Source: Selaginella moellendorffii
Lineage: Eukaryota > Plantae > Lycopodiophyta
Length of the DNA stretch: 64,000 nucleotides
Direction of reading: 5' to 3'
NCBI RefSeq assembly: GCF_000143415.4
Contig: NW_003314275.1
Span: forward strand, 1,903,419-1,967,418
The position numbers were made by a program, and so were the translations under genes. A model generated the notes under the pieces. It saw only the letters and a program-made list of their open reading frames with translations. It ran no database searches and had not been told where the DNA came from. Shown in pieces: positions 12,015-23,567 of the stretch (position 1 is its first letter; each line of letters starts with the position of its first letter).

Positions 12015-15000
12015 TCACGCCTCCTCTGATTCAGATTCGGATTGTTCACCTTGAAATAAAATACATTAGAAACTTAGTAAAGGAATATTAATGAATCTCA
12101 CCTTGAACCCGGGTTATGAATGCTCTTGCTGCATCTCTTGCATGGTCTGGCAAGGTGATGGTGGCACTCTGCTTCCGCATCCAACCATGCACAACATTAT
12201 CCACCGATATGCTCATGTTGGGATCCCTTGGATTCAGCACCCATCTCTTTTCTAGGCAATCCTTCGTATATCCGGAACTTGGCTTGAACCACTCCACAGT
12301 TACATTGAAGGAGTTAGTTTCCGCATCCTCCTCTGCATCAGTGATGCAGCGCCCCACCCATATCATTTGTTTTTTATTACTGGGTCTGACAAGCACGACC
12401 ATTCCTTTGCAGACCTGTACTGGATTGAATGCTGAATCCGGCTTCTTGTTCCTCGGCCCACAATAGTGATCCTCAACATCGTTATCTGTCACTGCATTTC
12501 CAGAGGACATTGTTCCGCTACTATCTGGTGCTCTGGGTTCTGGCCAAAAGGACTCTTCCAATTCTTCATATATAACCGGCCCATTTTGGATAGCAGATAT
12601 AATCTTCTCCCAGTATTCGAGCAAAGGCTTGCACCTCTGAAAATAGGATTCTCCACCAAACACCAACCCCCTCTTCCAGAAGGCAATATGCTATCTAATC
12701 CCGGCCACTATACTTTCCTGGTCTTTGAGTCCATCTGGGTGCATCGGCCGTGGGGAACCCTGAGGAATCATAGGTTCCCCAGTTATGGGATCTCTCTTGA
12801 AGAGTTCAATGCCGTCCACTGGCAGCCACACTGTGTCCCATTCTCTCATCTTGTACCTCATCACTGGAGCACCGTCACACATGCTGAAATGAAACTGAAG
12901 AGGCTTGGAGTGGCCAATCAGCGTTTCGGATCCGTCCCTGATGTAGCCTCTTACAAACCCCTTAAAGTCTGGAACCTCTGTCAGAAGTGCAACTTCAACA
13001 GTGCCTTTGATGCAATTTTGGAATTCATCGTAGAGTTGTGGGAGGGTGAGGACATTGGATCGCCGGAGGGACTCTGCCAGGTGACTGAACATGGCATCGA
13101 CGTCTTCATGAGTGTGCCCAACCATGAGAAAGCCAAGTGTAACCGTTTCAAATATGCCTTTGGCAACAAGCATCGCCAAGTACGCGAAGACGTACATGTT
13201 TTTGTTCTCACTGCCAGCATTGTCTGTTTGGAGCAGAAGATGGGGTGGAAGGCCACATCGGCCGCAAGAACTTCCTTGAGATTCTGCTTCGTTTGGATGA
13301 GGCTGTGCATTCACCGGGCGACCAGCCTCGTCGGAATGGCATGAGGCCTCACGTGATAACCCTACAATCTGACGGCCAACATATTCACTGGGATGGCATG
13401 GGGCCCCACGCGATACTACAAGCCTTTGCTCCTCCTCCAGCTGAACCCTGTATGGGGTTCGATCGACAAGGGCCTTATGCAAGGGTTGGCCGTTCATCTC
13501 AGTCTGCGCACTTTGCAGAGACCTTAAGTGTTTTGCTAGGGACGCAATCATCATGTTTGCACCCCCGCCACCCCATAGAGGTACAAAGAAGTTCCCATAG
13601 TTCTGGGCACCATGCCCATGAGCGATTATGCCAAACAGAGACACAGGCAGCTGCATGGATGAAGAGATTGCCTTGGGGGCAGGATTGAGTCGAGGTAAGC
13701 ACGTCTTTTTTTGGTCCATTTTGTCGTGGATGATGCAGAGGTAAGAGTCAGGTCTCTCCATGGAGAGAATCCTGTTATGATAATATGCAGTCCTGCAGCT
13801 TCTCTGCTCAATGTTGTGGTCGAGCCGCCTTCTAACCAACGTCTCTCGCTCTTGAGCGATGCAAGAATTCTTCGACAAAGCCATTTTGATAGCAGTGCAC
13901 TCGTCACACTTTGAAAAGCTGGAGTACTTTCCTATACTCACATCCCTGAACCTGTTGCTCCACAATCTACTAAATCTAGATTGGCTCAGCTTCCTGTAGC
14001 CATTACTCTGGAGTTCCCGATTCACATCTTCCAATATGGCCCCCTTGGTATATATGGAAGGGAGAACTCGTTGGGTGTCTCGTGTTCCATCTTCCAAGAG
14101 GCGGGTTTTATGTGGTTGCTGCTCGCTACATGTCTCGATAAACCTCTTGAAGATTGCCTCTCCATATACAACATGACCCTTGGTTTTGTGCGTACCGTCG
14201 TTCCCATGGACTGCCTGTTGAACCCTTTGTTCCTCGAACTCAGTTTTGATTCTATAGAATGTGGTTCGAGGGACTCCATAAATGATTCTCCATGCCTTCA
14301 TGCAGACCAAACCCCTCTGGAAGACCATGCCCCCCACCTGATGTTCTGAAGCATCAACAGATGACCGTAATGCCTCATACACAAAATTGCGAGCTGCCTT
14401 CCAGGGCAATGTCTTGTATCTTGCTCTCTCCTCTTCAATAGCATCGCAATCAGTATGTTGACAGCACCTCCTCTTGCAACAAGCAACTGTCGAGACCATT
14501 CGAGCCTCCATCGCAATTTTCTGCCTTTTCGGTTCGTTGCTCAGATCCCTTTGGCTGCGCTTTAGGAAGGTGTACTTTCTTTTCCCATGAAGAGATGTTC
14601 TGTCATCAGTTGTAGTGGTGTTTGATTGTGAATCCTTCACATTCTCAAACACTAAGTGCCTCAATTTCCACCGCACAATGCTTCCAATAGTCAGACTGTT
14701 TTCTTCTGTGTCAACAACCTCTAAAATCGCAACTCCAATATCATCCCAGCCCAATTCTTGATTAGCAACCGCATCTCTTGGATCGACAACTGTGGCTAAG
14801 CCCTTAGCTACCACCTCCCCCTCGGGGTTGTTTAGAAACACCTTCGCCTGAATCCATGTAGCACGGTTTTTAAGATCCACGGAGGGAACATGCGTCGCAC
14901 TTGCGCTGTCCCCAACATTTGCTTTCTTCTGAAGATTTTTCAAGGCAACAACAACATTTACCCCGACGACCATCTCTCCTCGTTCAATAGCGACCACATT

Positions 15001-15156
15001 CCCATCGAAGACAGTCTCTACTGATACAACAGCATTGCCTTCCCCAAGCCTTTGATAGTGTATAACAAAGTTCCGATCCATAGACACAAGGGTCCCTTTT
15101 GCAACTCTCTTCCCACCATTCAAAATGTAAACCTTTTCCCCAACCCTGAAGGCCAT
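12015..15156 (-). pseudogene. Sola-like DDD transposase (about 1030 aa consensus), one premature stop at 12691-12693; probable terminal intron 12101-12050
   Basis: Candidate catalytic motifs CIIHDKMDQKK, LQTDNAGSENKN and FLMVGHTHEDVDAMFS; CCxxxC and FSKCDEC Cys motifs; two N-terminal Tnp1/En-Spm-like repeats (VAKG..V.DP...LG). The TAG reads CAG in copy 2, joining ORFs 12691-15156 and 12088-12666 in frame. Removing the 52-bp GTGAGA..TTTCAAG intron gives the C-terminus QGEQSESESEEA*. Confidence 0.8.
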
Positions 15157-16451
15157 TCTGAAAGTGCAGAAAAGAAGTTAAGACCATACAAAAAATGATT
15201 GGAGAATGGCCTAAATCATAACATACCAAACAACCTCAATAGCATGAGGCCACATGCCATTATTCAAACATGCTATTGACACCTACGTGAAATTTCGCAT
15301 TCACAAAATTGGCATGAGGCCTCATGCCATCTTGATATACACACAGCTGCAGGCAAGTAAAAACATACATGACAATACGCTAGCCATGAAATTGCAAGGG
15401 CCCAAGATGGCATGTGGCCTCATGCCATTTCTAAATGTGGTCCTAAGCCATTCCATGGTGAACATACCAGGAAGCACAAGTGCCGAATATCAAGAGGAAG
15501 CGGTAGCCACACCAAAGACAGTGCCGCTTGCAACACCGCAACTACTCGTAGCGCCGCTCGCAACACCGCAACTGCTCGTAGCGCCGCTCGCACAAACTGC
15601 CACTCGCATAAACTGCCGCTCGCAATGGCGCTCGCAATGCCGCAACCGCTCGTAGACGCATAAACCACAGCTCAGAACGCCGCTTACACAAGCAGCGCTC
15701 ACTGCGCTCAGCAGAACCAAGAACACGGCGCACAAAAATGATAGACCTAGGAATGAGTTCGAGAATTCAAAAATAACACACGCTTGAACGTCACATCAAA
15801 TCCTCTGACAAACCAGATCTTATGACTCCTCTGACAAATTTCAAACTGAGTAGCTTCTAGACTTTGCTGTCGGAGGTTGAACTTTGTCACATCATGTCCT
15901 TGCCTCGATCCAGCTGTGCCATGTCAATGATTCGAACTTTGCCATGCCATGTCAGCGATCTGCGCCAAGATTATTCGCCGTGTAAAGGAATAATTATGCT
16001 GTGTGTGTACGTCCATTTATGGCAATATAAGGCCACACGCCATTCAAAAAATAATGCTAGTCGAGCATTTTTTGGTGCATTTTTGGGTTTAAAATTGCAT
16101 GAGCCCACACGCTATAAAGTTTACCTGTATCAAAAATAGAAACAGCTTTATTTACTTGGGAATTTAAGTGGTTGAGGCATTTTTAAACTTACAAACACAT
16201 GCCCTACTTACATTCCTTTGGTTGCTTAAAATTCAAAAATATTATAAACCTTTCTTTTTGCATTTTCAATGTTTTCATTTATGGTTTTTGATTTTCGCAG
16301 GACCAGCCTAGTAATCTATTTGCATCCTGTCATGTTTATAGCTAGCTTTCGTTTGTCCCCTTCGCTAGCCTGAGATACATCTGCTCAGCATCTGCCTTTT
16401 ACAGCATTTGCCCAGAAAGGGCATCTTTCTTCACGCAGCATTTGCCACATG

Positions 16452-16477
16452 TTTAGGGTTTAGGGTTTAGGGTTTAG
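16452..16477 (+). promoter_or_regulatory. (TTTAGGG)3+TTTAG interstitial telomeric repeat / telo-box cluster in the divergent intergenic region
   Basis: Directly visible; retained in copy 2 at 51679-51704. A regulatory role is inferred. Confidence 0.6.
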
Positions 16478-18301
16478 CAATTCAGTAGCTTGATAAACAT
16501 GCAAATACAGAACTTGATGCAAAATCCTTTGATATGTCACAATGCCCCTAGGACCATAAACACATTTCAATAGAGAGGGTCCTTTCATTTCATAACTCCT
16601 TACGTAGATCTTAGTGAAACCAGAGTTAGTGAAGTTAGTTTCTTGTGATCCCGCATCTGATTGTGATGTCCCTTTTCAGTGTCGATGCAAAGGTCAATGC
16701 ACACCAAACTGTAAAATCTTGGAGCAAAATAACGGTCGGATTTATGGTAAATGCCCCTGAAACATTGTAAGGCTCGTGTGGTCTCATGTGGTGTTTGATC
16801 GAGATGCTTCTTTGCAGGGTCATCAAGAAAGACATTGTATACCATTCTGTAAAATCTAGTTGCGATCTAACGGTTGGATCTCCAGAAAACTCAAAAAAAT
16901 CTCGCGCGTGTCAGAATATCCTAGGAATATACTCCTATGTGCCCCTGAAAATGGCATGCGGCCCCACGCCATTCAAGAGATAATGCCAGATGACGCCGAG
17001 AATTTTTTGGTGCATTTTTTGGGTTCAAAATTGCATGAGCCCACATGCTATAAAGTTTATCTTTGCCAAATAGAGAAAAGTTTATCTGTGCCATGTGAGG
17101 TAGTTACAGTCCTTTGTGCTCGGCATTTGCCTCTTGCAGCATTTGCACTGAAAGGGAATTTTTCTCCATTCAGCATTTGGCCCTGAAAATGGCATGCGCC
17201 CACACGCCATTCAAGGAATAACGCCACAGGACGCTTGGATTTTTGGGTTTAAAATGTTTAGGGTTTTTTGGGTTTTTTCAAAATATTTTGGGTCCAACGT
17301 TTTTTGGGTTTCTTTGGTTCAAAATTGCATGAGCCCACACGCTATAATATTGATTTGAGAGAAAAATAGAAACAGATAGAATTTCTTTATTTAGCTGAAC
17401 ATCTGCCATTTTTGGAAATACAAGATGCTTTGGAATATCCAATCATGCATGGTATAAATATAGCGAGGGTATTAAATGATATCCCAATCATGATCTTTCT
17501 TTTGGATTTCGCGTGCATGCAGTCCGAGGAATGATGACGTTGTGGATTTCTTTTGGATTTTGCGTGCTTGCATGCGCGGGGCAATCCAGAAATTAATGGT
17601 GGCACCCAAGTCCGAGGAATGATGACGTGGCAGGATTACCAACCGTTGTGACATTTCGCGCGTGTGAGGTTAGGTTTTGCATTTTGCTTCGCGCTCGCAT
17701 CACACTCGCGCTCACATTGCACTCCCACTCGCGATCACGCTCACATTCGCGCTCATCTACCTTCTCTACAGGTTTCTCGTGTGCATCGGCGTTCACTCGC
17801 ACTTGCATCACACTCGCGCTCGCATCGCGCTCGTGTGCATCGGCGTCCACTTCAAGACACACCCAGTTTGTAACTTTGCCGCCAACTCCGCCGCCCACTC
17901 CGCCACCCACACGCAGCCCACTTGGCGTCCCGGGAGATTTCAGCGCCACTCTCCAACTGTTAAGTGGCAGAGTAGCCTTGCTGCTACGATCCGCTGCACA
18001 CACAGTGCACATTCGCCAGCGAGTCCGGCCTCGATTGTCACGCCTCCATTCGGCTTCAAATGGTAAGTCTTTTAGGCCAAGTAGAAAATGGCATGAGGCC
18101 ACATGCCATTCAGTAGCAACATTGGCATGCACCGATTGGGCTTTCGAGTGCAGTCCGGTTACAGATGGCGTGTAGCCTCACGCCATCTTAGGATGCAGCC
18201 TCAAGACATCTGATGCAGTGGTGAATGGCGTGTGGCCTCACGTTATTTCCAGCTGCTAGCTTTTCATCTGTCAGCTCTAATTGTTGTGCATTTCTGAACA
18301 G

Positions 18302-21300
18302 GCGAGGAATTGTGTTCTTCTTCCAGCCACTGTCAATGTGGATGCAGAGAAGGGGGAGGAGCTCACCAGTTGGACTTTCGGGATGGAAGGCGAGGATCTG
18401 AGGCTGTACAACACAGATGGTGGGAGAAAAGAATGCATGGGGATCCTCATCCAAGTGACAGACACTCCATGCAGTTCCATGCAAGAATATGGACTGGCAC
18501 TTGTGGTAGAGACAGCGTCCGCCTTCAAGATCCACCTTGCACATCCTAGCGGCTTCCCGGAGGGGGGCAGCGGCTATGAGGAATTCCTAGAGGGAGCTAG
18601 GGAGAGGTTGTCCAGGAGGCCCACAATTTCAAAGACGCTGCGGGTCTATGAAGATCACATGGAATCCACGGACCTCACCTACGGCGATGTTCAAAAACTA
18701 TATTCCAACATTGAGCCGTTGAGAGTGCCTCTAGTTTGCGAAGCGAAGGGGAAGGGGGTCGATCTGGAAACTACCCCGAAGCAGAAAAGGGTGGTCAAGC
18801 TCAAGCCGACGTCTGACTCTCTTGCTCCAAAAAAGAAGCTACTCGGTGATGCCATTGCCTCGGGTTCGAACACTACACCCACCAAAAAGAAGAGCCGCAA
18901 AGAGCAGAAAGAGTAAGAAGAGGCAGCAAAAATTGTCGCAGATAATAGTACTTGTTACTATTCCAACAAAGTATATACAATCAACGTGAGCCGTATCGAC
19001 ATCCAAAGCAAATACAACCACAGGCTAGTATCTGATGAGTGGGTGGAGAAACTGAAGCAGAAGATGCTGGCAAGTCCAGTAACACCCGACATCGCAGACG
19101 TGATCCCCTACTACCGAACAATGAAGGGCGAGACGAGGTTTCCAGACTTGATCAATAGGAAGGTGTTGGACGATCAGAACATCCGGTTCTATGCCGTCTC
19201 CGGGCAGCATTCTAGCTTAGCGATGCAAGAGATAGTTGTGGATATTATGGTGGGCGAGGAGGTGAAGAAAGTCTTCAAGACAAGAGTTGTCTACCTAATA
19301 AAAGGCAACTCGCCCCTCCGATCTATCATATCCATCTCCCACGCGCAGAATGTCAAGCAAGAAACGTGCTACAAATCGGGTCTACACGAGACATTGGCAC
19401 GAACACGGAAGCTCTGGGTTCAACTGAAGAAGCCACAAAAACCAGGACAAGGACGTGCACTAGCAACTAGCGCCTGGCAGGTAAGCCTCGTTGCATGTGG
19501 CATAGCATGTGGCCTCACGCCATTTCTATTGCAGGAATTCTCGAGTCTTCTCTCGAAAACACTGGGGGTCAATGACACACTCAGCATCCATAACATTCTA
19601 CTCGCGACAAAAGTTGTTTTTGACAAATGGGTAAATGTGCTGACGAGGTACCATGACGGGGAGTTGCTAAACTCAATGGGTGTGGAGGACGGCCGGAAGC
19701 CCAATGATTTGAAGCTCAACGCCTTGCGTTTCTCGCGGTCTCTAGACGACGACGACCTTCTGACAGTGGCTAATGCTCTTCTACGTGGTGAGGTAGTCTT
19801 CAACAAGACCAAAATGACTCCCGGCCATATTGTGACATACGAGGACTTGTGCACGACTCTGAGAGCTCGTGCGCTATTGAAGGATTGGATCTTCGAGCAA
19901 GTGGCCGTGGAGAGGGTGAGCATCGACACCACGCAAGAGATGATGGAAGAGCTAGAGTTGTCAAATGAAGACATCGATGACTACGTGAAGGGGGCCCCCA
20001 AGTTCATCGATCTGCTGCGGGATGCCATGAAAAGTAAAGCTGAGAAGTTGGATCAGTATCCAAATTTCATTAAGAGGGATGTCGACCGCCGGCTTCAGAA
20101 ACAGCTCGACCCCGCAGCAGAGGCCTATCGAGAACCTTACCGGGTATACGTGAATTCGGATGAGGATCAAAGGTGGAGGAGCATCGTTTCCCGCGGAGAT
20201 GAGCAGGTCAAGAACATCTTTTGTGTGATGAACTTCACAAACGAGGAGATCACTCATGCAAACGAAGTCAACTCCATCATTGACTTAATGGTGGGACTTG
20301 CGGAGGTGGAATCTTCAGTCCACTATATGATCTACGACTCCGAATCCTATCACAAGTTCTGGAAGGCCTTGAACGAGGTGAAGGCTCGGTTGAAAGGCAA
20401 GGAGATGCAGGAGATCCATGGGATAATGGCTAAGAAGAAGATACCGACGAATGTCCGCATCTTCACACTCGCCCTTGTTATTGGTCCTGCAGCAGAGTGG
20501 GACTGGAGTGACTTCCCAGCTTTGTTCAACAAGGCCGATCGAATTGATCTGAGGGAGGTCAATTTACCCGTGCCTGAGGAACTGAAGACGGCTATGGAGC
20601 TTTCGAATCCAGAGAAAGCTCCAAGTGTAGCATGGGAAATGCTCAGCTGGGTCTTCAATGCAATAGCACCTGCTTCCGACTCCAAGGGCAAATGCGTTGT
20701 CGAGTACAACTGCGGCGGACTATTCTTTCGAGCCGCACTACTCAAGGGTGTCCCGTGTGTTGCGGTGACAAACTCCATTGAAGAGGTGACTTCAATGAAG
20801 CATATAATTACAGTTGCTAAAGAAAAACAGTATCTTCTTTGCGAACCTGGTGAGTACGCACTTTAAGTTTAAATGTTATCTCACAAGCTCTGTATGCAGG
20901 AGCGTGGCCACCCCCAGATGCTGAAACGGCGTTAACAGCTACTGTTGGGCCGAGCTCACAACCTGCACAAGGTAAGGTCACGTGAGGCCTCACGCCATTT
21001 TGATTATAGATCGTTGTGAATATTCAGACACGAGGACTGAAAAGCGCACTGGTGGCGCGTCGAAGAAGGACAAACAGACAAGCAATAGGAAAAAAGGAGG
21101 TACAAATTATATTTGCAATGGCGTGTGGTCTCATGCCATTCCTTGTAGGAGACACTTCTTCAAAGGCAAAACAGGCAAGCACCAGCCAAACTCAAACTGA
21201 CAGTGGTCATAAAAAGCGAAAGCACGTTGGACAGTCGTCGGGATCAGAGGTGTTTGATTCGAAAAGGAAGAAGGGCAACAAAAAAATGATAGGTAATGCC

Positions 21301-23567
21301 TCGCGGTCACCACCTCCTGACTCAGATTCCTATGGCAGACTCCCCTTCCCCAATCTCAATGGAGAGGTACAATGGATGAGGGATGCTTTTCAAGTCAGGG
21401 CCACGTTTTTCTCATCTCGTCGTCTTCGAAGGGTGCAAGAACGTGCAGAAACCATGTTAAGACAATCGGGTGAGGATACGGTCCTAGGTCACGCACTAAA
21501 ACAGGCTATGGATGTCTTGTATTTTGAGATGGAGACTCGGCCAGATGATTTTCCCAAGATGGTCCTGGAAGAACAAGCCATCCAGCCTGAGCAGCCTATG
21601 GAAGAAATGCAGGAGGAGGATGAGGAGCCAGAGAAAGATAATGAGCAGGAAGAGCAGAAGGACGAAGAGGAGGACAAAGAAGAGGAGGACGAAGAGGACT
21701 TGGATGGTCCTTACAATGGTGACGATCACAATAACGACGACGACGATGATGACGACGATGGCCAGCCTGAGGTGGCCAAAGAGCAGCGGAGGAAGGTCAT
21801 ACAAGACAAACCATCAGGTAAATAATAGTACATCCATTCCTAACCTTTTACCATTTCTAACATTGTCCATGTAGGTTGCAAAGCAAATGGTAAGTAGAGA
21901 TTATTCAGTTGAATTAAGATACAAACTCTAGCCTTTAGTGTCGAGGAAGGATAGTGCCAAGCAAGGGTCGAAACGTATGTCCAATCCTTCAGAATCAGCA
22001 GTGCGCCCAATAGCAGTTGATGGTAAATACAGTATAGTCGATTCAATGTGCTAATGAGTTTGTTTTTAGTAGCCAGTAGGGAGGATACCATCTCAATCGA
22101 AGGGAGATATTTGGACATGCATATGGATCCGCCAGTGGACTCTACTTGCCTGCAAGAGTCATCAGAGCTGGTGGAGGCTACTATCCATATCAACACCAAG
22201 CAAGCTGACCACGCTCCACTTGATGCTGCCCATACCACTGAGTCAATCTTGTCCACGTATCCAACTGACGGTGACCAGGCGCCATTGGACCCGCATGAGG
22301 CCGCCCCAGCCGCCGAGCCGGTCGTATCCTCATTTCCAACGGACTCAACGTGTGCCCAATCGTCTGACTACGCGCCGTTGGAACCTCCCTACACCGCCCC
22401 TGCTGCCTGTTCGGTCATGTCCACTTTGCCAACGGAGGCACCAGCTGAAATGGCGTGTGATCACACGCCATCGGAACCACCCCATGCCACTGTTGAGCCA
22501 GTTGTACTAGAGTCTACAGCTGAAATGGCATGTGCCCACACGCCATCGGATGCGATTGACCCCACATTGCAGAGGAGAGTATTTCCGCCCTTCACGTTTC
22601 CTCGACCAAAACCCTCTGAACGACCATCGGGAGCACCATTCGCTAATATTGTAGATGGTAAAATTGACTTGTACCATTTTTTATGCTGACGCATTTCATT
22701 TCAGAGTCACGGCGAAAGTACTGTATCGTTTTTGATCTGAACGGTGTCCTTTTCTCCCATGAGCATGGCTCGTCCTCGAATGTCACTGCACCCTCCAAAG
22801 CCAGCGGTCGCAAGTTGGTCAAAAGAGACAGATTCACATTAATCACACGGGAGAAATAGCGGGATCTAATAATGACCATGCGACACTTAAAACAGAGGGC
22901 CGGGTTCAATTTGCAATTGGGAGTTTGGACATCCATGATGCGCCACAATGCATTAACGTTGCTACAGATGATGCACGATCAGACGCGAGTAATATTACCA
23001 TTTGACTTTCTCCTAACGCAGGAGGATTGCTTGACTATGGTCCATGTGAGGGGTAGCAAGCCCATCTTCGTCAAGCCAGAGGCTGTAGTGATGAACCGGA
23101 CTGCTAGGTCAAGTGAAATCCTCATCATCGATGACTCGCCGATTAAAACTGCAGCGAACACGCACACATATGCAGTGCACCCCATCTCTTGCAGTATGGA
23201 AACTAGGGAGAAGAAACCGTATGTTCTGGGGGACCTTGCAAAACGGCTTGGAGCGATGGTGATAGAGAACTGGCCAGTCCAGGAGGTGGCTGCAGAAATC
23301 AACCAAATGGCAGATGGAACGGTATATCTGAAGCCATTTGATCGGATAGACACCAGTCATCATTTATGGCATGTATATTGTCTAGCCAAGCATTATCCGC
23401 ATCTCCATAATTTGCTCAACCGGATGGGTTCTTCGACCACTGAACATGAGCGTGGATGTATTAGAGAAGAGATGGCATTACTATTGGGTTTAAATCCTGA
23501 TAGTGTGGAGAGTGATGAAATTCCAAGATTATTGTATAGGCGTTGGAGGCAAAAAATAACAGTCTGA
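18302..23567 (+). pseudogene. Multi-exon cargo gene (about 1620 codons): ParB-like domain + degenerate N4/N6 DNA-methyltransferase-like domain + acidic linker + NIF/FCP1-type HAD phosphatase; two premature stops; 5' end unresolved
   Basis: Predicted exons 18302-19480, 19535-20849, 20900-20971, 21010-21099, 21149-21817, 21875-21889, 21939-22022, 22070-22657, 22705-23567 sum to 4875 nt, all GT-AG and frame-consistent. Motifs: RLVSDEWVEKL..FYAVSGQHSSLA (ParB-like); EMLSWVF..GKCVVEYNCGG..AALLKGVPCVAV (MTase-like); IVFDLNGVL..VWTS..TQEDC..KPIFVK..IIDDSPIK (NIF). Stops: TAA 18914-18916 (CAA in copy 2) and TAG 22857-22859. Confidence 0.72.

Noticed and set aside
12466-13344. 292-aa plus-strand ORF, and other antisense ORFs over the transposase, cargo gene and pol
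   Set aside because: Antisense shadows of real coding sequence; truncated in copy 2.
17593-18175. Overlapping 130-180 aa ORFs upstream of the cargo gene
   Set aside because: GC-rich low-complexity repeats, frameshifted in copy 2; could not be spliced in frame to 18302. Probably promoter or 5' UTR.
20200-20790. Calling the cargo domain an active DNA methyltransferase
   Set aside because: No DPPY/SPPY-type catalytic motif and a degenerate SAM-binding loop; only fold-level resemblance is claimed.
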